From: Cenococcum geophilum
Lineage: Eukaryota
Direction: 5' to 3'
Length of the DNA: 64,000 nucleotides
Assembly (NCBI GenBank): GCA_050273025.1
Contig: CP158635.1
Location: 15,810,001-15,874,000 of the forward strand
The notes below the pieces were generated by a model that was not told where the DNA came from, ran no database searches, and saw nothing but the letters and a program-made list of their open reading frames with translations. A program made the translations under genes and the position numbers. This document shows positions 50,929 through 63,162 of this stretch, in pieces (the first letter of the stretch is position 1; every line of letters starts with the position of its first letter).

Positions 50929-52121
50929 ACGGAATACCCTAGCCTTATAGTTAAAGCGTAGGCGAAAAGTAAGCGCCGCTGCTAAGATATAATCTATACT
51001 AAAGCGGAGCAGAGGACGTCCTAAGGGATTAAAGAATAAGTAACGCTTATAGTAAGAACTGCGGCATACATATAGGGTAAAGTTTTAATTTATTAGTATT
51101 TTATGTAAGCCACACTTTAATGTAACCCGGCTATAGCGTACGCTAGTAATAAAGCTTAATTTAAAAAGCACCCTTCCTAGACCTAGTTTGTCACTCTATA
51201 CTAGCTTAGCAGATTATTTATATTAGAAAATAGGCCTATTTATAACTAGGGTCTATAACCTACTAGTAACCCGCTAGTAGTAACCTATACTAATAACTTA
51301 TATACTATTCTATATATAAGTAACCTATAACCTACCTATAAAGTATATACAGCGCTACGCCGGTATAGCGTAAAGTTAAAGTAGGGTTAGCGGTGGATTT
51401 AATAGGTATATAGCCTTACTATCTATAAATCTGGCTATATATAAATAACCTATAACCTATCTATAAGGTATTAGCGACCTACCTATATAAGTAAGCTTTA
51501 GAATACTTCTAATAGTTTATTAAATTTAGATAATAACGTTAAGCTATAGGCTCTAGGCGTTAAATAGACTAATTAGGATTTTCTATCCCGGGGATAAAAA
51601 ATTACTATTAGCTCGGTTAAATACGGGGGAGTCTTAATAAGGCAAATTTAACTAATTAAATAACTTTAACTGCCGGTTAAAGTTCTTTAATATCTTTATG
51701 CCGCGTATATGCACTACCTATCTCTCTATACGCAAAATTAAAATACTCTTTCCCCTCTAAATTTTTTCCTTACTAAGGGTTTTTGTGGGGTTTTATTAAG
51801 GTTTAAGTATATAAAGGATTGGGGATAACCCTTTTTAAAGGGGGGGGCATTATTAGGCAAAACCTAAGTAGATAGTTATATAGGCGTAAGGTATAGGTAA
51901 CCCTAGGGCAACCTAGAGGTAACTCACCTATAAGGCATGTACTCTATACATACCTAGGGAAAACCCTTCCTACCTCGTATATAGACTCCTTCTTTTCCCT
52001 TAAGGATTTGTCTCTGTCTATATAATATACCCTATTATTCTATTATTGGACTCCCTATTTATATCCTTACCTTATATATACCTACTTCTATAATATAGAT
52101 CTACCTTCTCTACTCTTAATA
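50929..52121 (+). mobile_element. 3' fragment of LTR retrotransposon F (AT-hook ORF end, 3' UTR, polypurine tract, LTR)
   Basis: KRSRGRPKGLKNK at 51002-51040; palindrome module 51568-51697; G-run polypurine tract 51837-51850; candidate LTR 51851-52121 (tattagg...cttaata), directly followed by Mutator coding sequence. Confidence 0.65.
51568..51697. promoter_or_regulatory. Conserved 3'-UTR palindrome module in F
   Basis: The same two palindromes at 51577-51603 and 51662-51684, each preceded by ctaatta. Confidence 0.5.
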
Positions 52122-53460
52122 TAATATTACTCTAAAGGTTATAATTACAGATAAGGAGTAAGCTCTTAAAAATGCACTATAGCGATACTTTTAGTTAGTT
52201 CCTTAGCTACTCTACCTTTAGTATATAGCTAAGAACGCCCTTACGCATATATAGGATAATTAGGTTAAAAGGGTAGATTAATTAAATAAGGAAAGGGTTA
52301 AGGCGTAAGAGTACTATAATAACTTTATAAAGCGCTAGGCCGGGTGCTATAGTTAAAAGTCTCTTAAGAGGTTTACTACTGCTTAAAACTAGCTTATAGA
52401 GAACTACCGCGATTAAGAGCGCCTTACTAACTACTTACGTAATAAGTGGTGGCTATATTAGAGGGAGTTCGTAAGTTACTATACTAATATTTAAATACAC
52501 TTTAGAAATTAGTAAGTAGAATATTAAGCTATATAAAATATTATAGGCTAACTAAATGTACCTTTTTTAGTATCTTATTGTAACTTAAGGGCGCGTACTC
52601 TAAATTAAAGCGCTTCCTTATAGTATCTAATAGCGACTTATTTAACGTAATTTAGAACATTAAGAACCTTATTACAAACGATATAATAACTATATAATAA
52701 TAATCGCGAAGCTAAAAGACTACCTACTATATAATATTTGCGAGCTAAAGTTTAAAAATATCCTTACTAAAGTAACGCCTATATACCTCCGCTATTATAA
52801 GAACTAACTATAGCTTATAAAGTTAGCTAATTACTAGCTAAATTATAGCGGCTAACAGACTGCAGTAAATAGCCTTTTATGCTACCATACTCTCTATAAG
52901 CAGCTGCACTAAAATGCTACCTTAGTACTAAAAATATAACTTATTAAAATTAACGTACACTAGTGGTTTAATCGCCCTTTACTAGATCCTCCTACTAGCC
53001 TACCTATTAATCCTCTACTTTTTATCTAGAAGCCTCTAACTCTTAAGCGCCACTATGGCCGCCCGCCTAACTCTATAAATAGACGTTATTCCAATATTTT
53101 AACTTGTCGCGAGCCCTTAGAATTTAAGAGAAATACTAGATATATAATCCATAGACGTAGGCGCGGGTATAGGCGTACCCGTAAAGGCATCTCGCAGATA
53201 ATAAGTAGAGGTAGTAGCAGCTAAATTAGTTTATATACTACTTTATAAGTTACTATACAATTTAATTAATTAACTTAAAAGTATATAAGTGGTATTATAA
53301 GTAGCGAGAATAATAGTAGAAGTTAAGATGCCTCTATAGATAGCTTGCTAAGTATTAGCACTAATATTTTATAGGCTTATAGTGGTTATAGGGACTTGCC
53401 CTTTTAGTATAACTTTACTAAGGAGTCTTTTAGTACATTCTAGCTTTAATTCTAGTTATA
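52122..53460 (+). pseudogene. Mutator (MULE, Hop-like) transposase, 3' part, RIP-inactivated
   Basis: KVIITDKE*ALKNAL*RYF*LVP*LLYL*YIAKN matches the MULE TD..AL..A / LC.WH..KN motifs; LKGAYSKLKRFL (EG.HS.LK); and a KRLYGRPP...TCREPLEFK-type tail. Confidence 0.8.
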
Positions 53461-53508
53461 TAGTTATAAAAGTTATATTTTAATTTAATTTTTTGCGATA
53501 TATATATA

Positions 53509-53764
53509 TATAAGGTACATTGCTAGGGTATATAGTAGGGAGTAGGCAAGCCGAGCATAAGTTATAAGGAGAGTTGATAGAAGAGGACAATATAGTAATA
53601 AGGGTAGGTAATAGCCTCGTACGGAGACGAACTAATAGGGGAGGAAGGAGGCTATAAGCCTAAGAAGCTTATAAGGGGTAGCTAAGGCCTAGCCGAAGGC
53701 TAGCCTTAGTAGCCCCTAAGAGCTCCTAGGATATAGCCAAGTAAGGGACTAAAGTACCCTTATA
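53509..53764. mobile_element. Probable solo LTR inserted in a TA run
   Basis: Inverted ends tataaggtac...gtacccttata (RIP form of TGTAAG...CTTACA); atata on both sides. The TSD is weak evidence because the flanks are TA repeats. Confidence 0.5.
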
Positions 53765-54078
53765 ATATATATAAGTTAAATATACGTAATATTTTAACCT
53801 AAAGAGAAAGGGTTTAAGCCTATTTTAGGGAGGAGTATAGGCGTAGTAATTAGGGGGTATATAACTAGTAGTGGCCTATATATATTATTATTAATTCCAT
53901 TTATTACCGGATTTAGTCCCTTTTTTAGGTCTATAGAGGCTTCTACCTTCTATTTATAGGAAAAATCCCTAGTAAGGAAAAAGCTATAACGATCGCTTAC
54001 TAAGCTAAATAAACGCAATTAGCTAAAAAGGTATAGTGTTAAACTAAACAGTTTAACGGGCTCGGTAACCAATATATA

Positions 54079-54334
54079 TATTAGCGACTTAGTTAATTAA
54101 GGCATGATCACGGTAAGAGAGACACATAAGCCTATATAATTAGATTGTTTATAAACAAGAATCTAAAGCTAAGGAAATAAAAGGAGAAGAAGAGTAGCGC
54201 CGCTTAATATTTTATAAGATCTTTACGTTACGTTACGTAACCGCAATATATAGCAATCTGTGGTAACTTACCGGTATAAAGTTCTATTAAGTTCTACTAA
54301 CTAAGTTCTACCATTTTCTGCTAGTGCTATAACA
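54079..54334 (-). repeat. 3' LTR of E
   Basis: tattagcgac...gctataaca; direct repeat of 59944-60193. Confidence 0.92.
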
Positions 54335-57300
54335 TTACCCCCCCCTTTAGTAAAGCCTACCCTTAGGCTTTATATATCCGTATTTGTAACCAACTACTGG
54401 ACCTTATATATTACCCCGTTTTACCTACGTCAGCACTACCCTTATATGTCTTGGATACGTTTAAAATAAGTTATAGGTCTTAGAGTTAGGGGTCTATTTT
54501 CATGTATTTATACTATTTAATTTCCATAGATTTACAATTAAGTTGCTCGTTCAATTCCCATACACTGTAAAAGCTTACAGTATTACTTATATAGGGCATT
54601 CTTATCTTTATATTCTTCCGGTAGCCTATTATCTTTACTATACTAGCACTCTATCTACTTATCTAGGTACTTTAGGGGTCCTAGTTTATTAGGGTAACGG
54701 CTATAGAATTTTTAAAGCTTATAGGGACTGCTAATAAAGTTCTATATAGGGTACTAGGTAGGGTCTAGGTTATAGCCTTTTTAACTAACGTAGTACTTTA
54801 GCGTTTTCCTTACTAGTTTACAGGCTAGCACTTCTTTAATTTCCTATTTATTGTCGCCACTAACCTAAATCGGTAGGAGAGGTTTGTTCTTTTATCTAGG
54901 TAATAGGTTATTTATAGCTTTTTATAGCTTATCTAGTAAGAAAATAGGGTAAACCTTAATTAAATCCGGGAGCTTTACTTTATATAAGTTACCTATCTTC
55001 TTAAGGACCTTATATGGTCCCGCTATCTAATAGTCTAGCTTATAGCTAGGCCGTTCCGTCTTTTAGTTCTTTATTATAACCTAAACTATATCGCCTATAG
55101 TAAAGTCAGGTTCGCGCCTATACTTATTTACCTACTATTCTATTAATTTCTAGGCCTTTTTTAAGTTTATATAGGCTACCATTTAGGCTTCCTCTAAGCG
55201 CTTAGCGTACTACTAGGCTTCCTTATAAGACAGTTTCTTATATACGGTCTATAGTCCTTCTAGTCTATCCCAGTTAAAGCTTATTTAGGGTAAATACCCC
55301 ACCCCTAGTTAGATAGGTGCAAATCCTATAAAGTTATAGGGTAAGGTTACCTGGGCGTAGTCTATTAGGGATAGCAGTTTGCCCTAGTTATTCTAAAAGT
55401 GGTTAATAAAAGGCCAAAGTCTCTAATCTAAATATTAATTTATAATCTCCGTCTACTGTCTATTTAGGGGTAGTATACTATAAAAAGCTTTAGCCTAATA
55501 CCTAGGATTTAGGTAAACTTGTTTTAAAAGGCTAATATAAATTATAGGCCGTAATTAGATATAATAGTATCTAGTAGTCTATAAATATGGTAAACGTAAT
55601 AGATATACAGTTGGGCCGCCTCCTTAGTATTAATATTTTTATAACAGGGAATTAAAAACGGGCGCTTACTAAAGCAATTAATTAAAATCATAACTATATT
55701 ATATCCGTCGCGGTTTATAGGTAGCTTATAAAAGTCTATAGAGATATATTACTAGGGGCGGTCAGGTATTAGGAGAGGTTTTAATAATCCTAGGCTAGTA
55801 ATAACGGTCACTAATAATCTTACAGGTTTTATTTTTTAGGTAGGCCGTAGAGACCTAGGTATATGCTTTAGTAATAAGCCAGGTTTATAAGTTCCGTTCC
55901 TTTACTACTACTAGCCGTTCCTAGTGCTTAAGCAGTCCATTTTTAAGGGACTATAAGCTAGTAATATCCTTTACCTTTTTGCGGTATTCCTGTAGAGAAG
56001 GGTCTATACGGTTTACTTATAGTAGTTTGTTAATAAGGTTAAATTCTATAGGGTTGATAGGATATATCTTAGCGCTTAAAGATTTAGTACTTAGTTCTTC
56101 CTATATCTAAGGGTTAAGGTGCTCTAGTTATAGTAGCGTCTAGGTTTATAATAAGATCTTCGCGGCTATTTAGTTATTTAGGGCTTATTTACGTTTTATA
56201 AGAGCATCCGCATAGTTAGTAGCGCCTAGCCTATATATAATTAGGAAGTTAAACTGGAATAAAACGTCTGCCTAGCGCGCTTACCGGGCCGTAAGGACCT
56301 TAATTATTATAAAGTATTCTAGGGCCTTATAATCTAAAACTACCTAGATAGGCTTAAGGGTCCCTTTTAGCTATACTCGCCAGTGCTAAAAGCTAAAGAT
56401 AATAGCCAACATTTCTTTATTGTGGATTAGGTAGTTTAGCTTAGCATCTATTATAGTCTTTAAGTAGTAAGTAATATGGTACTATTCTCTGCCCGTCTGC
56501 TTCTAGAAATAAATACTAGCAATAATACTATTTAAGGCATCCGTTTCTAGCATTAAGGGCCATTCTAGGTTAAAGTAGGCAAGTAAGGGAGTGGAGACTA
56601 GTTATTTCTTAAGCTTATTAAAAGCCTGCTTATATACAGTGTTAAAGTAAAAGGGCCGGTCCTTTATAGTAAGGCGGCTAAGGGGCTAAGTAATCCTCCT
56701 ATAGTTCTTAATAAAGCATTAGTAGAAGTTATAAAAGCCTAAGAATAACTATATCTCTTTTACGGTCCGTAGTGGTTTTTATTAATTAATTACGGCCGTC
56801 TTTTCTAGGTTAGCCTTAATTCCGTTTATACTAATAATAAACCATAGGTACTTTATATAATTTATACTAAATTCTAACTTCTTAATATTAGCCTAAAGGC
56901 TAGCCTTATAGAGTTATTATAAGACCTTATAGACGTACTCCTTATATTCTAACTCGTTTTTAAAGTAAATTATAATATTATTTAGGTAGGCCGTATAGAA
57001 GTCGTTAAGGTAGTTAAAGAGTACATTATTTATATATTGCTAGCACGCAGCTAGTCTATTAGTTAGTCTAAAAGGAAGTACTTTATACTTATATAATCTA
57101 TATTAAGTCCGAAATATAGTAAAATCTATAAATCTAGGGTTTATTTTAATTTGGTAAAAAGCCCAATAGATATTAGGCTTTATAAATACCTTAGATCTAT
57201 TTATTTGGGCCAGTATTTTATTAAGTCAGGGTAGTAGATAATGGTCTTTACGGGTTATATTATTAAGCTTATAGTAGTTAATATAGAAACAAAGTTCTTT

Positions 57301-59943
57301 ATTTAGCTTTTTTATAAAGAGAATAGGGGAGGTAAAAGGGGCCTAGCTAGGCTTAATAAACCCCTTTACTAGGTTATTAACAAGGTACTATTTAGTAGCC
57401 TATAACTTAGCAATAGATTATTTATAGAGGGGGGTATAGCTAAGGGCGTTTTCCTTGTCTAACTTAATCTCGATCTTATAGTCGTATAGTTAGTGCGGTA
57501 GAAGTATATTAGATACCACCTTAGAGAATATATCCTTAAACTTTTGGTATTAATAGGGTCGTTTCTATTCTACTAGCTCCTCGTCTATAAGCTCGCTTTC
57601 CTATCTACTAAGCTTATTTTTCTTTTCCTTAAGTATTTAGTTAATTTTGTATAAGCTAGTTATAAAAGCAATAGTATTAAGCTAAACCAAGTTCTGGTAG
57701 AATCCTACGGCGCTAATACCATAGATATTAACTAGTGGGAGGTCCGTAGGTTTTCTTACAGCCATTTACTAAACCGTATTTTACAGTTTAGGGTTTATAA
57801 TCTTTCTTAGCTCCTATTCTATTTTCTATAAGTTATCCCTTTAGTTTATTAGTTTAGTATAGCGTCTAATATTCCTTACTATTCTTTATAGCTATATAGG
57901 GCCTAAGCTCTCTATAGGGGGCTTTTTTAAGTTATTATTAACTTCCTAGGTCTTTAATGCGGGTAGCGTAATATAGGTAGTTTAGGGGCGGCGGAATATA
58001 TAAATCCGTTACAGATTAAGCTATATATCTTTCTTAAAGGCCTAGTCCCTACGCATAGCATTAGCCTAGTAAATAGTATTAATTTAGGGCCGTATAAGAT
58101 TTTTTATTATAATACTAATTTCTTTTATAAAGGAAGGAGTTAGGGGTAGATTTTTAGGCTAGATAAGCTGTTTACTCTATATATCTAGCTATAAGCCTAA
58201 ATAGGCTAGCCATTTTCTCCTTAAAATTATATTATAGCTTCCTAGGTCCGTAATAAGGAAGGGGATATTATATTACTTTTGTCCGTTAATATAAAGGTAA
58301 ATCCGTAATATAGTTGTAATAGGTAGTCCTACCCGTCCGTTATACCCATAAATAGGAATTAGCTTAGGCAGTTCTTCTAAAGGCGTATTTAAAAAGTTAG
58401 CTAGTTTTACAGCGCACTTTATATTAATTAGGGTAAAGGCATTTACTCCTAAATTAGCTAAAGAAAAGTTTAAAACTTAATATCTATTACGGAATAAAGT
58501 ATAAGGGATAGTGTAGCTTTTCTTACTAACTAGCTAACCTAGATTAATATATAATATATTAATTCCTTTTAACCCTAAGGAGGAGTCTTCCCCTAAGGTT
58601 CCTCTTTTTCTAACTCTATACTATCCTCCTAAATTAATAGGACCTTATTTATCTTTACCTTTATTAGGCAGTTCCTTATAGGGTAGTTAGGTTAACCGTA
58701 TAAGAAGTAAGCTCCTTAATTACTAAGGGCCTATATATAGGGGTTACTATATATAAGCCGGGTATATACCAGACCTATAGTAGGGGTAGCTACGTGGCTA
58801 GCTACTAGGTTAACTATAGGCTAAGTAGCTAGTGCTATAAGGGTTGCCGATTGTGCTAGGGCACTATAGGCCGTTCTTGTAGTACTTATAGCCTAATTTA
58901 TAAGGGTTTTAGTTTTTAGCCAATTAGCGCGTGCCTTAATTTAATAGAGGCCTTAGTTAATAGCTAGGCAATAGTTTATAAGTTCCTTTAATGTCTATAT
59001 TATAGTATAAGCTAGTAATATAGCCTGCTATAAGTTTAGGGTAAGCTTATTAAAAAGGGTTAGTAATAGGTCTTTTTAGGGGATCTAGGCCTATTTAGCT
59101 AGGTATAAAAAGCGGGTCTAAAAGGCTAAAAAGGTCTCCATTATTTTTATATTTGGGCTTTTATAGCTAAGGCGGGCGTTTTATACTTTAAAAGGGTCTT
59201 TATAAATAGAAGATAAGTATTTAATTATTTCTTCTTTAGAGATAAAGGGGTTTATTAAGTCTTTAGTATATTACAGGCGTAAATACATCTAGGCGTTTCC
59301 GCTAGTACGGCTAAAGACGTAGGCCATCTTAGCTTAGGGGGTAGAAAAGTAGTTAGCATTAACTTTAAGCTTATCCCGTAATTAAAGCTTCTAGTTATTA
59401 AATATTAGGTTTATTCTATCCGTAAATAGCGGGGGATCCGCAACCTTTATTAACTACTTTAGTACTATATAGGCCTTAGTAAATCTACTAAGGCGCTAAA
59501 ATAGGGCCTAAAGGACTATAGTAAGTCTTTAGTTGTCTAATAATGACTTATTATTAGATATAGGGGTATCTCTAGCTTTAAGCAGCTCTTACAGTTATTT
59601 AATTTTAGTATTAGCTGCCGCAAGCTCCGCCTATAGGGTTAAAACGTTAATTATTTCTTTGTCTGAAGTATTTAAGGGTCCTATAGCTGCTTTACCTACT
59701 ACTATATTTCGTAGTATAGTAGTAGGGGTATTAGGTAATTCTAGGTAATTTCTTTAGAAGTTCTAGTCTATGTATATCTTATAGGTCCTTTCCTTAGGGT
59801 TCTATTTTTTTCCTTTTAGGTCCTATCCTTATAGTCTTAATAATATCCTTAGGGTCTTATTCTATGTTCTTGTCCTATTTATAGTCTTATAGATATATTT
59901 AAGTTCCTTCTTAGGAAGAGAAAGTAGAAAGAGCTTTAGATAA

Positions 59944-60193
59944 TATTAACGACTTAGTTAATTAAGGTATAAGCACAGTAAGAGAGACGCGCAAGCCTAT
60001 ATAATTGGATTATCTATAAACAAGAATCTAAAACTAGGGAAAGAAAAGGAGAAGAAAAGTAGCGCCGCTTAATATTTATAAGATCTTCGTGTTACATAAC
60101 CGCAATATGCGGCAATCTGTGGCAACTTGCTAGTGTAAAGTTCTGCCAAGTTCTGCCAACTAAGTTCTGCCATTTTCTGCCAGTGCCGTAATA
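59944..60193 (-). repeat. 5' LTR of E
   Basis: tattaacgac...gccgtaata; contains aagttctgcc tandem repeats. Confidence 0.92.
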
Positions 60194-61156
60194 ATATATA
60201 CGTTTGTCGCTTTTAGGCCTTCGCCTTACAAAAGCCTTAGTATACCTTTTAGCTAGTTTTACGCGCTCTACCTTTACTTAGTCTATTTACCTTTATAGTA
60301 TATCTACCTTTTATACTATACTTTTAAGGTAGCTTAAAAGGGTTAGGGGGTAGTAAGAGGGTTTAGTAATTTACTTACGTGCTACCTTTAGCGCAGTAGA
60401 GATATTTAGTCCTTAAAGGGCTAAAAGGGGGCATATCCTCTTATATCCTCCTATTAGATCTTATATACTATTTAAAACTATTAAAAAAACTCCTTAACCT
60501 ATAACCTATTATACTACTATATATAGGCCCCTATTTATAAAAAGTATTTAAGTAATATTATTTACACCCGCCCTAATAAATAGTTAGTCTTTTGCCGTAT
60601 AGTAGTTATAAAAGAGTATTATATATTATACTAATTATATAGGCTATCTATACGTATAATATAGAGTAATATTTAGGATATAGATACCTACTAGCTATGC
60701 GTTTACTTTTAAGACCTCTATTTATAGTAAAAATACCATTATAAACTTTACCTTTATCTATTCTTTATATAGGGGGAGTGTAATAAAGCCTTATAGGAAA
60801 TACTACGGTACTCTTATTAATAGGCTGGGTATATATTATAGGACACCCCCGTAATAACTTATATATATTTATCTAGTTCTACTAACTTTAGCAACTAAAG
60901 ACCGACCATAAAACGGCAATTTAATAGCAATCTACGGCAATCTAACGGCAATCTGCTGCATTTTACCATATTCCATTAAGTTCTACTAAGTTCTATTAAA
61001 TCCTGCTAAGTTCTGCTAGCATCAGGATTTTTTTTTTAGGTGCGTTGTTGCAAATTGCGGCAAATTGCTGCAAACTGTACGATTTAGACAGTTGTATATG
61101 GTCGTTAGCGATTCGGGCAAACCGCGCGTTTTGCAACAAAATTGCAGCATTAGCTA

Positions 61157-61918
61157 CAGTCCCTCGTCAAAAGTCTCCGTGCGAGCGCATTTTTTAGACA
61201 ACCTACCTTGCTAAATTACTATATAATAACTATATAATTAATTCTAAATCTATAAAAATATTTTAAGTTTATATTATATATAAAATCTAGCTATTATGCC
61301 CTTTTTTAAAATTGAAAATCTATAACTCCTTTAGAAATCCTATCGATCTTTTACTAAAATCTGAAATCTATAATATATATTTTCTACTACTAAATATTAA
61401 AATTATTTTTTAAAAATTTGACATCTTATAGATATTTACTTTTACTATAACATTTTTTTTATTTAAAATAAAATTTTAAAAGTGTGAAAGTTTATTATAA
61501 CCCTTTAAACCCTTATTTTTTTTGTATAGGAAATTGCATTTTTTAACTCTTTTTTAAGTTTATAACCTTATAACAACCTTTTATACTTTTTAAATAAAAA
61601 TTTAAGTAGAGAGAGTTTTAATAAAGCAATTCCTATAAGATATTAGATTTTTAAGAAATATTTTAAATATCTAGTAATAGAAAATATATGCTAAATAGAG
61701 TAAGTTTTAGTAGGAAGTTGGTAAAACCTAGAGACTTTTAATAAAGGACTATAGATTTTAAATACTTAAAAAGTATCGCGATTACCAGATTATATATCTG
61801 TAAGTCGATTTAGATGTTTTTTAAGCTCTAGAATTAATTATGTAACTTTTATATAGCATTTTAGCAAAAAGTGCCATTTTAGCGTGACCTTGGCACGGAC
61901 ACTTTTGATAAGGGACTG
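61157..61918. mobile_element. Non-autonomous Tc1/mariner-type MITE (762 bp)
   Basis: About 26-bp TIRs cagtccctcgtcaaaagtctccgtgc / gcacggacacttttgataagggactg; TA at 61155-61156 and 61919-61920; very AT-rich non-coding interior. Confidence 0.88.
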
Positions 61919-61992
61919 TAGCAAATTGTAGTAAAACGCTTAACTACCAAATTAATGCTAGCTTTTTGCTACCCTATAAATAAATAGCGCGC

Positions 61993-62070
61993 GAACTGTA
62001 TAAACTATATAAACTATACAAACTATACAAACTGTATAAACTATATAATTGCAACTATATAAATTATATA
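61993..62070. repeat. 10-bp tandem repeat (aactatataa-type)
   Basis: aactgtataa/aactatacaa units in series. Confidence 0.8.
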
Positions 62071-62132
62071 TTACCAAATTGCTATAATATACTTTTAAAT
62101 ATATTTATATTATAACTATATAAATTATAGAG

Positions 62133-62452
62133 CTATCTGCCTGTCTGCCTATTTACTTATCTGCCTATCTACCTATCTACTTATCTACCTATCTACCTAT
62201 CTACCTATCTACCTATCTACCTATCTACCTATCTACCTATCTATCTATACCTACCTATCTACGCCTACCTATCTATATCTACCTACTTGTTTATATTTGC
62301 CTACCTATTTATATCTACCTACCCGTCTATATCTACCTACCTATTAGTATCTACCTACCTATCTATATCTGCCTACCCGTTATATCTAGCTTACTATCTA
62401 TATCTACCTACCTATTAGCATCTGCCTATTTATGCCTACTTGTCTATACTAC
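62133..62452. repeat. (ctatctac)n 8-bp array grading into degenerate 12-20 bp units
   Basis: Near-perfect ctatctac run at about 62165-62245 with degenerate flanks. Confidence 0.9.
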
Positions 62453-62520
62453 CTTAATTCGATCGATTAATTAAATCGTTTATATTGTTCGCTGGCTAGT
62501 TGTTTAAACGGTTATTATCT

Positions 62521-62740
62521 AGCTCTAGCAGCGGTCGTATAGCTCTAGCGACAGTCGTATTGCTCTAATAACGGTTATCTAGCTCTAGCGACGGTCGTTT
62601 AACTCTAGCGACAGTCGTCTAGCTCTAATGACGGCCGTCTAGCTCTAGCGACGGTTGTCTAAATCTGGCGGCAGTTGTCTAGCTTTAGCGACGGCCGTCT
62701 AGTTCTAGCAGCGGTCGTTTAGTTCTGGTAATAGTTATCT
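62521..62740. repeat. 20-bp minisatellite, 11 copies
   Basis: agctctagcgacggtcgtct-type unit in exact 20-bp register. Confidence 0.92.
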
Positions 62741-63162
62741 GCTAGCTGCTATTCTGGTGCCTCCCTAGGTAGAAAGGATATAAAAAAGAAAGGGTAAAAA
62801 ATAAGGTGGCTACCTAGGTATATATAGGGGGTATACTTGGCAGAGGCATATATAGAGGCTGTTAGGAATATAGCGGGGACCTAATATAGAGCTCTGTGTA
62901 GAGCCTCTATATATAAAGCTTTGCGTAAAGCCTCGTACAAAGCCTCTATACGTAGAGCTTTATATAGAGCTTTATATAGCTTTATGGTATTTTTATTGCA
63001 ATTTTATAGCAATTTTATTACAGCTAAAATTGGGGTCTGCTTAAGTCGCAATTTTAGTAATTTACAGCAATTTATATAAGTAGCTTATATATTTATAGCA
63101 ATTTATAGAAATTTATATAAGTAGCCTAGTAAATCGCCAAAATCGCTATAAATCGCTAAAGG

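Larger units (their letters stand above)
54079..60193 (-). mobile_element. Ty3/Gypsy chromovirus E, structurally complete, RIP-degraded (6115 bp)
   Basis: LTRs 54079-54334 and 59944-60193; TSD atata at 54074-54078 and 60194-60198; C-run polypurine tract complement at 54335-54348. RT near 56750-57350, RNase H near 56200-56600, integrase 55250-55780, chromodomain EIKEVLACKLVRKTLKYYVS*KGYNLDPT*YP at 54745-54850. Confidence 0.93.

Noticed and set aside
54520..54575. tRNA gene around GTTCAATTCCC
   Set aside because: The T-stem does not pair and no acceptor stem or cloverleaf can be drawn.
62521..62740. CRISPR-like array
   Set aside because: Units are contiguous 20-mers without unique spacers, in a eukaryotic context with no cas genes.
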